Positions 23,934 through 31,878 of a DNA stretch of 64,000 nucleotides are shown in pieces (position 1 is the first letter of the stretch; every line of letters starts with the position of its first letter). A program made the position numbers and the translations under genes. A model generated the notes under the pieces. That model did not search any database. It saw only the letters and a program-made list of their open reading frames with translations, and was not told the origin of the DNA. Origin of the DNA: Dehalococcoidales bacterium (GTDB taxonomy: Bacteria; Chloroflexota; Dehalococcoidia; Dehalococcoidales; UBA5760); contig DAOULZ010000004.1 in NCBI GenBank assembly GCA_034414575.1, forward strand, positions 6,417 to 70,416, read 5' to 3'.

Positions 23934-25089
23934 ACGGGGTAAGAATAGCTATTCAATCAAAGTCAGTTTAGGGAAGGATGCTACCACAGGTAAGTATAAG
24001 TCCCAGTGGGTATCCGTCAAAGGCACCAAAAAGGATGCTGAAAAGCACCTGGCCGAATTATTACACCAGCTTGATAACGGCACTTTCATGAAGCCGGGTA
24101 AAACGACACTTGGGGAATACCTGGAGAAGTGGTTGAGAGACTACGCTTGGCCTAGTCTAGCCCCCAGGACGGTTGAGGGTTATGAGTCTATCATTCGCTG
24201 CCATCTCATCCCGGCCCTGGGGAGTATTCCCCTAACTCAATTAAGGCCAGAGCATTTGCAGCGTTACTACTCAGAGAAGTTGTCAGGAGGACGCTATGAC
24301 GGAAAGGGGTCACTCGGCCAGACATCGGTATTACACCATCATACCTGTTTGCATCGTGCTCTCAAGATGGCGCTCAGGTGGGGACTGATGAACCGTAACC
24401 CTGCCGATGCGGTTACTCCCCCACATCCCCAGCGTTCTGAAATGCACACCATGACTGAAGATGATCTGACTAGGTTTCTTGAGGCTGCCAAAGCTACGCC
24501 CTATTACGTGCTATTCTATCAGGCACTATTCACGGGAATGAGGAGAAGTGAACTATTAGCCCTACGATGGTGTGACGTTGATTTACTCCTATGCCAGGTT
24601 CACGTCACCCGCACTATTCACCAACTAAGGACTGGTGAGTTGGTTATTAGAGCACCAAAGTCAGTCAAAGGACGCCGCTTGGTTTCCCTGTCTCCCTCCG
24701 CCGCTCTGTTACTTCAAGAGCATCGAGACAAGCAAGCAGCACATCGGGTTATATTGGGCATACCACTAGAAGAAGATGACCTGATATTCAGCACACTGGA
24801 CGGCAGGCCACTACGACCCAATACGGTTACACGGGCATGGTCTATGTTGGCCGCCCGTTGTGGACTTAAGGGCATACGTCTTCATGATGCTCGCCATACC
24901 CATGCCAGTTTAATGCTCAAGCAGGGTGTGCACCCCAAGATAGTGCAGGAACGACTAGGCCATGCTACAATAGCAGTAACGCTTGATACCTATAGCCACA
25001 TTTCTCCCGGACTTCAGCAAGCGGCAGCGGAAGGCTTTGACAGAATGGTGCTTCCTAGGCGTGAAAAAGAAGCTGTTGAAAACCTTTAG
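23914..25089 (+). CDS. int: Tyrosine recombinase / phage-type integrase
   Basis: AAGGAGG precedes the ATG. N-terminus MRGHIRKRGKNSYSIKV. Catalytic region GMRRSELLAL...HDARHTHASLML...LGHATIAVTLDTYSH (R...HxxR...H...Y). Confidence 0.92.
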   Translation: MRGHIRKRGKNSYSIKVSLGKDATTGKYKSQWVSVKGTKKDAEKHLAELLHQLDNGTFMKPGKTTLGEYLEKWLRDYAWPSLAPRTVEGYESIIRCHLIPALGSIPLTQLRPEHLQRYYSEKLSGGRYDGKGSLGQTSVLHHHTCLHRALKMALRWGLMNRNPADAVTPPHPQRSEMHTMTEDDLTRFLEAAKATPYYVLFYQALFTGMRRSELLALRWCDVDLLLCQVHVTRTIHQLRTGELVIRAPKSVKGRRLVSLSPSAALLLQEHRDKQAAHRVILGIPLEEDDLIFSTLDGRPLRPNTVTRAWSMLAARCGLKGIRLHDARHTHASLMLKQGVHPKIVQERLGHATIAVTLDTYSHISPGLQQAAAEGFDRMVLPRREKEAVENL

Positions 25090-25116
25090 TAGCAAATTAG
25101 TAGCAATTTTATGATT

Positions 25117-25140
25117 ATGCCATTTTGGTAATGGCATTTT
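25117..25140 (+). terminator. Intrinsic terminator after int
   Basis: ATGCCATT TTGGT AATGGCAT forms an 8-bp stem, followed by TTTTG. Confidence 0.65.
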
Positions 25141-25147
25141 GAAGCTA

Positions 25148-25237
25148 GGAGGGGTGTCCGAGTGGTCTATGGTGACGGTCTTGAAAACCGTTGTCCCCGC
25201 AAGGGGACCGTGGGTTCGAATCCCACCCCCTCCGCCA
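25148..25237 (+). tRNA. tRNA-Ser (anticodon UGA)
   Basis: Acceptor GGAGGGG/CCCCTCC. Anticodon arm ACGGT-CTTGAAA-ACCGT. Long variable arm GTCCCCGCAAGGGGAC. T-arm GTGGG-TTCGAAT-CCCAC. CCA is encoded. Confidence 0.95.
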
Positions 25238-26848
25238 TCAGTGTTCCTCAAGAGACACCTCATTCAGCACGGGGAGACCCATGGCATTAAGCTCGTAGCC
25301 ATTAACGTAGGGCTTAACCAGCACGTAATTCTGGCCAAACCACAATGGCAGGCAGGCGGCATCGCTAACCAGCTTCTGCTCCGCCTGCTGATACAAAACC
25401 AAGCTTGCTTCTCTGTCTGGCTCCACATTAGCCCTATCCAGTAAGGAATCCACCTCAGGGTTAGCATAGCCACCGTAATTATTCTCGGCACCGCTGCGGA
25501 ATAAGATATCAAGAAAATCCTGCGGGTGGGGATAATCGGCAATCCACCCCGAAAAATACATCTCATCCAACTCCTCATCAAGATGATAAAGGTACCTCTC
25601 CGGCTCCAGCTGTCTCACCTCCACCTCAACACCCAGGTTCTCCCGCCACTCGTAGATAATCGCCTCGAGGTCGCTTGAGATGAGCCCGCCATAGCCGGCA
25701 TCAGTAATCTTAATCGGGGGCAGGTTGGCGACATCGCCATACTTCGAATTACTAATCAGCTCCCGGGCCAGCTCTAGGTCATATTCCAAGCCCGCTAAAT
25801 TCTCATTATAGCCCGGCATACCCGGGGGCAGGATACCACCCGCTGGCTGCACCATATCCCTGAAGATTAAGGAAGCTAGCTTGTCCTTATTAACTGCATG
25901 GCAGAAGGCACGCCGAATATTCTCGTCATCAAATGGCGGCTTCTCGGTGTTAAAGCCAATATAGAAGAAGCTGAGCTCCGGGTAAACCCTCAAGTCCTGA
26001 TAAAAGGGACCCCGCTCATCGGTAACCCGGTCAATATAGTAGGTGTAGACCCCGGTAACATCAATTTCCCCCGTCTCGTAAAGATTCATGGGCACACCGC
26101 CGTATAACTGAAAGACCACTGAATCCACCCGGGCGACCTCACCGTAGTAGAGCTCGTTCCTCTCCAGAATAAGCAGGCTACTCTCCTGCCACTCACCAAG
26201 CCGAAACGGGCCGGTACCGTTGGGGTAGCGCCACCACTCCCCCCCTGAAGAAACATTATCCCGGTCAACTACAAAGGCAGTGGGGTAGCTCATCTTGGCC
26301 AGAAAGTAAGACTTGGGGGCGTCTATGGTTACCTCAAGGGCGTAATCATCAATAACCCTGACGCCGCTAATCCCCGCTGCCTCCCCAGCCAGCACCTCCT
26401 TCACCCCGACAATATCACCCAGATAGGCCTCAGCCGTTTTCGAGCCGGTAGCCGGGGCGCAGGCCCTCTCCCAGGAATACTTGAAATCCTCAGCTCTAAC
26501 CTCGCGGCCATCGTGAAATTTGACATTTTTTCGGAGATAAAAGGTATAGGTCCGGCCATCCTCACTTAATTCAAACCTCTCGGCGATATCCCCTACCGGT
26601 GCCAAGTTATCATCCAGCCTGACCAAGCCGCTGAAAACCTGCATGATGTATTCGTGGGAGGTCGCATCACCAGAAACACCCGGGTCTAGGGTATGGGGAT
26701 CAACGCCGTAAAGATTAAGCACCCCCCCACCTTCGGGGGTAGAGGTGGGCGGTGAGGGGACTATCTGGGTGCCACACTGACAACCAGCCAGAAGCAGGCT
26801 AGATAGTAATAGTGCTGAGAGAACTATGTATAAGATTCTTTTATTCAT
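25238..26848 (-). CDS. Peptide/nickel-type ABC transporter substrate-binding lipoprotein (family 5)
   Basis: 536 aa. Lipobox LLAGC. Family-5 SBP pattern (YTFYLRKNVKFHDG, WFGQNYVLVKPYV). The stop codon directly abuts the tRNA-Ser 3' end. Confidence 0.85.
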   Translation of the reverse strand: MNKRILYIVLSALLLSSLLLAGCQCGTQIVPSPPTSTPEGGGVLNLYGVDPHTLDPGVSGDATSHEYIMQVFSGLVRLDDNLAPVGDIAERFELSEDGRTYTFYLRKNVKFHDGREVRAEDFKYSWERACAPATGSKTAEAYLGDIVGVKEVLAGEAAGISGVRVIDDYALEVTIDAPKSYFLAKMSYPTAFVVDRDNVSSGGEWWRYPNGTGPFRLGEWQESSLLILERNELYYGEVARVDSVVFQLYGGVPMNLYETGEIDVTGVYTYYIDRVTDERGPFYQDLRVYPELSFFYIGFNTEKPPFDDENIRRAFCHAVNKDKLASLIFRDMVQPAGGILPPGMPGYNENLAGLEYDLELARELISNSKYGDVANLPPIKITDAGYGGLISSDLEAIIYEWRENLGVEVEVRQLEPERYLYHLDEELDEMYFSGWIADYPHPQDFLDILFRSGAENNYGGYANPEVDSLLDRANVEPDREASLVLYQQAEQKLVSDAACLPLWFGQNYVLVKPYVNGYELNAMGLPVLNEVSLEEH

Positions 26849-26899
26849 TGCTTAAACAAATCAAGAATTGATGGCTTAAATCGTCCTTTTCTAAAATAC

Positions 26900-28045
26900 C
26901 TAATAGCCGGCCCCCGCCAGCACTGGCTCCAATTCTAAAACTGAAGGCTCGAGCGGGGTAAGCCACTCCCGCCACCGAATGTCCAGGCCGTCCATATCAA
27001 AGCCGTATACCTTCTCCAGGGCACCGTCATAGGTAGCGCCTGCCCTGAAGGTACTCAGGAGTTCAAACATATCGTCCTGCCCGTAAGTTGTGTTAAGAAA
27101 CTCAACTAGACTGTAGCTCTGGGCATAGGATAGAGCCGCCTCGCCGGCATAGGCGGAGAACGGGGACGAGAGACTCCGCACCGAAATAAGCCTATCTTGA
27201 GCAATCGCCCCGTTGAGATAATCCTGAAACACCGGCTGTAGCGGTCCCTCACTGTGCATAGCCAGACCCTCATCAAGCCAGACCGGCAGGTCACTATAGG
27301 GGTTAAGGGGCACCTGATGGATGACCAGGTGGGTCAGCTCATGGGCAACCGCCCTCTTCCCCCAATCAAGATTATCCGGCGAGATGCCAATCGCCATAAC
27401 CCCATAGCGGGAAAAGGCGACGCCCCCCGTCCACTCCTGGGGATAAATCATCGACCCCTGCAAATCCTGGGAACTGGCGTAGATATATAACTTGACCGGC
27501 TTCTCAAGCTCGGCACCGGTATATTCCTTCAGGCTCTCCAGTGCCTGCTGCACGGTAGCCATTAGCTCCCGGGCAAAAGCCTCATCCCCTTGATACCAGT
27601 ATAGAGTTACCTTAGCTTCGGTCAGGCTCTGCCAGGGATAACGAGTATCTTCAAAACCCACTTTAAGCGGGGTCGTTACCACCTTGTTATTCCTGGCATC
27701 CTTAACCGTCCACCAGTACTCCACATTAGACCCCGGGGGGAGACCACCGATTCTTATCATTTCCAGAGACCAGTTGGCAGTTACCGCCGGCGCCGGCGTA
27801 AAGTCAATATAGACCTCGCTGGTCACCAGGGCAAAGCTCAGGCGCTCAACCCGATAGTGGAGGCGAATATCAGTAATATCAACATCGCTCTCCGCCGATA
27901 AACTGAAGCTGATGGCTAAGGGAAAGACCACCTGAGCCGAGCTATCCAGTACTACCAGTTCGCCCTGTGCCTTAATCAGGCTTGGGTTTAACCAAGTCAA
28001 TAGCGAGAAAATAGCTAAAATCCAAAGGCCAGCCTTTTTAATCAT
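26900..28045 (-). CDS. Secreted zinc metallopeptidase, MA-clan (Peptidase_MA_2-like)
   Basis: Signal peptide; HELTHL (HExxH) followed by WLDEGLA. The start overlaps the prfB stop by 4 nt. Confidence 0.7.
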   Translation of the reverse strand: MIKKAGLWILAIFSLLTWLNPSLIKAQGELVVLDSSAQVVFPLAISFSLSAESDVDITDIRLHYRVERLSFALVTSEVYIDFTPAPAVTANWSLEMIRIGGLPPGSNVEYWWTVKDARNNKVVTTPLKVGFEDTRYPWQSLTEAKVTLYWYQGDEAFARELMATVQQALESLKEYTGAELEKPVKLYIYASSQDLQGSMIYPQEWTGGVAFSRYGVMAIGISPDNLDWGKRAVAHELTHLVIHQVPLNPYSDLPVWLDEGLAMHSEGPLQPVFQDYLNGAIAQDRLISVRSLSSPFSAYAGEAALSYAQSYSLVEFLNTTYGQDDMFELLSTFRAGATYDGALEKVYGFDMDGLDIRWREWLTPLEPSVLELEPVLAGAGY

Positions 28046-29146
28046 TCTTCCTTACCCATAGTAGACCGCAGATAGTTGGTGATAAACTCTTCCAAATCTC
28101 CAGCCAACACACCGTCGGCATTGGAGGTCTGATAACCCGTGCGGTGGTCTTTTACCATCCGGTAGGGGTGGAGGACGTAGCTCCTAATCTGGTTACCCCA
28201 GCCTGCAGACACATGCTGCCCCTTAAGTTTAGCCCTTTCCTCAGCCTTTTTCTCCAGCTCCAACTCAAGCAGACGAGACTGAAGTATCTTTTGGGCAATC
28301 TCTTTATTATGATGCTGAGAGCGCTCGCTCTGACAGGTAGCCACCAGCCCGGTGGGTAGATGAGTCAGCCGGACAGCACTACTTGTCTTCTGCATATGCT
28401 GCCCGCCAGGGCCGCTGGAACGAAATGTATCCACCCTAAGGTCATCAGGATATATCCTGACATCAACGCCAGTTTCGGCCTCGGGCATAACCTCAACCAG
28501 AGCAAAAGAGGTATGCCGGGCATGGTCGGCATCAAAGGGGGAAAGACGAACCAGACGATGAACCCCGTGCTCCGATTTCAGGTAACCAAAGGCGTAACTG
28601 CCACTAATCTCAATAACTGCGCTCTTCAGTCCTGCCTCCTCTCCCGGGGAAACGTCCAAAACCTCTGCCCTATAATCACGACGCTCCGCCCAGCGGAGGT
28701 ACATCCGCATCAGCATCTCCGCCCAGTCCTGAGATTCAGTGCCGCCCGCGCCAGCATGAATGGACAGGATGGCACTCCTCTCATCATACTCACCACTAAG
28801 GGTCAACTCCAGTTCCAGTTCGTCAAGTTCGGAGGCTATCCTGTCTATTTCAGACTGAATTTCCACTCTAAGGCGGCTATCCTCTTCCTCCTCGACCAGT
28901 GACATCAGCTCCCCAGTATCCGCCACCCTCCTCTCCAGCCCACGCCACCTCTCAACCACCCTCTTCCGCCTCACCAACTGGCGCATGACTGTCTGAGCCC
29001 TAGTCTGGTTCTGCCAAAAATCCGGCCTGGCTGACTCCCTCTCCAAGCGGGCAACCTCTTTCTCCTCAGCCGTAATGTCAAAGATGCACCAGGGCCGTTG
29101 ATACTCTAGTCCTCAAATCCTCAAGTTTATCTCTCAGTTCCTGCAT
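28042..29146 (-). CDS. prfB: Peptide chain release factor 2, with programmed +1 frameshift
   Basis: ATG 29146 encodes MQELRDKLEDLRTRVSTALVHL, then CTT TGA C (29083..29077). A +1 shift continues DITAEEKEVARLERESARPDFWQ..., which is the track ORF. SPF (RLSPFD) and GGQ (SGPGGQHMQ) motifs are present. Confidence 0.95.
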
Positions 29147-29164
29147 CTTACTCCACTTGAGTCC

Positions 29165-29920
29165 CTATAATAGCCTCTCCTGGTAACCTAGTTCAACGGG
29201 CTTATTATCTCTTGGCAGTTTTAGATTGCCCCCGGCGGTCAGATGAGCCAAGCGAGCCGGCTCAGGTAAGCGATAGCCCCGACAACATTTTAACACCCAA
29301 CTGACAGCCGACTCAAGGCTAATCTTGTGCCCGATAGAAACATAGACAGGCTTGACACCGAGTTTGGTACGCAAAGCCACGCCAATAGTCTCCCCCCGAT
29401 CCATCACCTCGGCGTAGCTTCCCGGTTCCTCACCAGGCAGTTCATGCTGGCCGCACAGCAACGACTTAGCACAACCAATAGTTGGTGTATTCAGAAACAG
29501 CCCAAGATGAGAGGCAAGCCCCATCCGCCTGGGATGAGCAATGCCCTGCCCATCGACGAGGATAAGGTCAGGTACCAAAGTAAGCTCCTGGCAAGCCGCC
29601 AGTACCAGTGGTGCTTCCCTAAAGGATAAAAGACCTGGTATGTAGGGAAAACCGAGCTTCCCGGCGACCACCTTGGCTGCCACTACCTTAAGCTCTGGGT
29701 ACTGTAAGACAACCACCGCCCCGGTAGCTGTCCCCGCCTCCCTCCGCACCGATATATCCACCCCCGCAATAAAGCGGGGACTTTTTACCTCGCCACTTCG
29801 GGACACCCTTTCTGCCAGTCTCCGCTGGATATCTTTAGCCTCAGGAATACCAACCTGCCAGCTATGCAGACTTACCACCTTCACACCCTGATTATAGGCG
29901 CTTATCGACCTCGGTGGCAA
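29165..29920 (-). CDS. nfi: Endonuclease V
   Basis: Matches IAGVDISV, GFPYIPGLLSFRE and LVDGQGIAHPRRMGLASHLG. The start is uncertain: TTG 29920, or GTG 29884/29878, which fits the usual length better. Confidence 0.88.
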   Translation of the reverse strand: MPPRSISAYNQGVKVVSLHSWQVGIPEAKDIQRRLAERVSRSGEVKSPRFIAGVDISVRREAGTATGAVVVLQYPELKVVAAKVVAGKLGFPYIPGLLSFREAPLVLAACQELTLVPDLILVDGQGIAHPRRMGLASHLGLFLNTPTIGCAKSLLCGQHELPGEEPGSYAEVMDRGETIGVALRTKLGVKPVYVSIGHKISLESAVSWVLKCCRGYRLPEPARLAHLTAGGNLKLPRDNKPVELGYQERLL

Positions 29921-29997
29921 TCTTGACCTAGAAAGGTTATCATCCAGAAAAGGGTAAAGACTGGGGACAGTCTGTAAACTTATAGGCTAAACCACTA

Positions 29998-30027
29998 TTG
30001 ACAGCCAGATAGCTGATAGCGCATAAT
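29998..30027 (+). promoter_or_regulatory. Sigma70-type promoter of rpsP operon
   Basis: TTGACA (29998-30003), 18 nt, CATAAT (30022-30027). Confidence 0.5.
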
Positions 30028-30067
30028 AAAACATACCTCTCAACAAGGCAGGAAGGATAGTCAAGAA

Positions 30068-30337
30068 TTGGTAAAGATCAGATTACGCCGAGTCGGTGCT
30101 AAAAAAAGACCAAGTTACCGTGTGGTCGTGGCTGACGTCCGCTCCCCTCGTGATGGCGCCTTTATTGACATTATAGGGCACTATAACCCGCTAACCGACC
30201 CTGAGACAGTAGCTATTGATGAAGAGAAAGCCCTGCACTGGCTAAGTCAGGGGGCACAGCCAACAGCTACCACCACCAGACTGCTATCAAAAACAGGTAT
30301 CATGGAAAAGTTCAAAAAAGCCAAGGAGAAAACATGA
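30068..30337 (+). CDS. rpsP: 30S ribosomal protein S16
   Basis: (M)[43 protein letters not shown] start. Confidence 0.95.
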   Translation: MVKIRLRRVGAKKRPSYRVVVADVRSPRDGAFIDIIGHYNPLTDPETVAIDEEKALHWLSQGAQPTATTTRLLSKTGIMEKFKKAKEKT

Positions 30338-30561
30338 AAGAACTAATAGAATACATCGCTAAGTCAATTGTTAATTCGCCTGACGAGGTAGTAGTTAACG
30401 AGGAAACCAATGAAGAAGGCACCAAGTTTACCCTGCAGGTTGCCGATGAGGATAAGGGGCGAGTTATTGGTAAGCAAGGTCGGATAGCAGCTGCCATCCG
30501 CACCCTAATCAGGGTAAAGGCGGCTAAAGCCGGCACCAGAGCCACCCTCGAGATTCTCTAA
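30334..30561 (+). CDS. KH-domain RNA-binding protein (YlqC/UPF0109 family)
   Basis: 75 aa. Contains [16 protein letters not shown] (GxxG KH motif). Occupies the conserved position after rpsP. Confidence 0.88.
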   Translation: MKELIEYIAKSIVNSPDEVVVNEETNEEGTKFTLQVADEDKGRVIGKQGRIAAAIRTLIRVKAAKAGTRATLEIL

Positions 30562-30626
30562 AACTATAAAGAGCCATCCTTTAATAGGTAAATTCTTGGT
30601 TACCTAGCAACCTGAAGAGGAGAATT

Positions 30627-30675
30627 CCCCTCTCTAGTTCTGTCGTTTGCATCTTCCCCAGAGAGGGGATTTTTG
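30627..30675 (+). terminator. Terminator-like hairpin after the rpsP-KH operon
   Basis: CCCCTCTCT (30627-35) pairs with AGAGAGGGG (30660-68) across a 24-nt loop, followed by ATTTTTG. Confidence 0.5.
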
Positions 30676-30681
30676 TAGTCC

Positions 30682-30915
30682 TTAAAAAGCCCCGAAAATT
30701 AGTAGGGCCGCTGTCCCGATTGCCATCGGCACCAAGGAACCCAAAAGACCGACCCTTACCCAGTGGCTGAATTTTATACCGTAGTGCTTCCTATCCTCCA
30801 TTATTCCCAGAGCCACAATATTGGCGGTGGAGCCTACCATGGTCAGGTTACCACCAAAGCAGCCGCCGAAAAGGAGCGCCCACCAGAGCATCGAGGTACC
30901 CATTCGGGCCGACAA
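30682..30915 (-). pseudogene. C-terminal fragment of an ArsB/NhaD-superfamily (YbiR/SLC13-like) permease
   Basis: The 77-aa ORF (GGNLTMVGSTANIVALGIMEDRKHYGIKFSHWVRVGLLGSLVPMAIGTAALL) matches only the last 2 TM helices of ~400-aa permeases. No continuing ORF lies upstream (30916-31150). Confidence 0.55.
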
Positions 30916-31150
30916 GCTCTGTAATACTAAATCTTAATCGTAGTTTATATCGTAAATGATTCTTGATAAATCACAGCCCGGCCGCATGCCAACTTCTGGT
31001 TCCCAACAGATTCCCTCGGCAAAGCTATACTAACCATACCTACATACACAAAAAGCCCTCTGGCTCTTGGTCACAGGGCTTTTTAATTTTAGCACTCCAG
31101 GGAAGAAGAGGTAGCTGTTTGCCTCCTTCTAGACCCTATATGATTATATC

Positions 31151-31711
31151 TCAGGACTTGCGCTTATCAAAATCGTCTAAGTCAAGGGTGTTAATAAAAT
31201 CGTAGAAGGCCGATAGCTTTTTCTTTTCCTCTTCGCTAAGCTCCTTACCCTTAGCTTCAGCTTTGCCCAGCTCCGCCTCCCCAGCTATTGGCTTACCCGT
31301 TTCCTTGTCCAAGAAGATACCGGCTTTATCCAAGACAGCCTCCTCAGCATAGATAGGTACTTCTGCCCTCACCGCTAATGCCAGAGCATCACTAGGACGA
31401 GAGTCAACCTCCACCACTCCCCCATCGACATTAAGTAGAACGCGAGCATAAAAGGTGTCATTCTTGAGGTCGCTAACTATAATAGAATTGACGGTGGCCC
31501 CCAAGACGTCAATCACCGATTGCAGTAGATCGTGAGTCAGTGGCCTCGGCACCGAAACATCCTGCAGCTTAACTGCGATAGCATCAGCCTCAGCAGCACC
31601 AATCCAAATCGGCAGATAGCGCTCGGCAGCTTTCTCCTTCAGGATCACAACCCGCTGATAATTCATCAGACTAACCCGGATGCTATCAATTGTCATTTCT
31701 AACATAGCCAC
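31151..31711 (-). CDS. Bifunctional nuclease (BFN/DUF151) family protein
   Basis: Contains RYLPIWIGAAEADAIAVKLQDVSVPRPLTHDLL and SRPSDALALAVR, with an acidic/basic C-terminal tail. Confidence 0.8.
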   Translation of the reverse strand: MAMLEMTIDSIRVSLMNYQRVVILKEKAAERYLPIWIGAAEADAIAVKLQDVSVPRPLTHDLLQSVIDVLGATVNSIIVSDLKNDTFYARVLLNVDGGVVEVDSRPSDALALAVRAEVPIYAEEAVLDKAGIFLDKETGKPIAGEAELGKAEAKGKELSEEEKKKLSAFYDFINTLDLDDFDKRKS

Positions 31712-31878
31712 TCCCCTCCTCTGGATAATATAATTCTACCTATCATTACCACCACTGTCAACCAGCCAAGATAACAGGATTTAAAATCAAGTCACTATAT
31801 TAGATTAGGTTTTGTGTTATAATTTTAGAAGGCAACGAAAGTCGAGAGCCAAAAGCTAAGACGGAGGTCTATCCTAAT

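Larger units (their letters stand above)
17234..25147. mobile_element. Integrated genomic island (integrase-bearing, AT-rich) abutting tRNA-Ser
   Basis: GC drops abruptly (by eye) right after the wtpA stop. Content: small membrane ORFs, HigBA, an orphan BMP lipoprotein plus amidinotransferase-like enzyme, an excisionase-like HTH and a tyrosine integrase ending 58 nt before tRNA-Ser. The left boundary is approximate. Confidence 0.65.

Noticed and set aside
25139-25444. 101-aa + ORF and 102-aa minus ORF (24955..25263) spanning the tRNA-Ser region
   Set aside because: They overlap a well-formed tRNA gene, the integrase 3' end and the family-5 binding-protein gene. They have no SD and no family resemblance.
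28360-28902. 180-aa + ORF
   Set aside because: It is antisense to prfB, which is unambiguous (SPF and GGQ motifs). This is a typical long shadow ORF in GC-rich coding DNA. The same reasoning applies to 62920..63516 (antisense to the ApgM-like gene), 58084..59225 (antisense to gyrA), 9267..9770, 11438..11968 and the other short antisense ORFs in the track.
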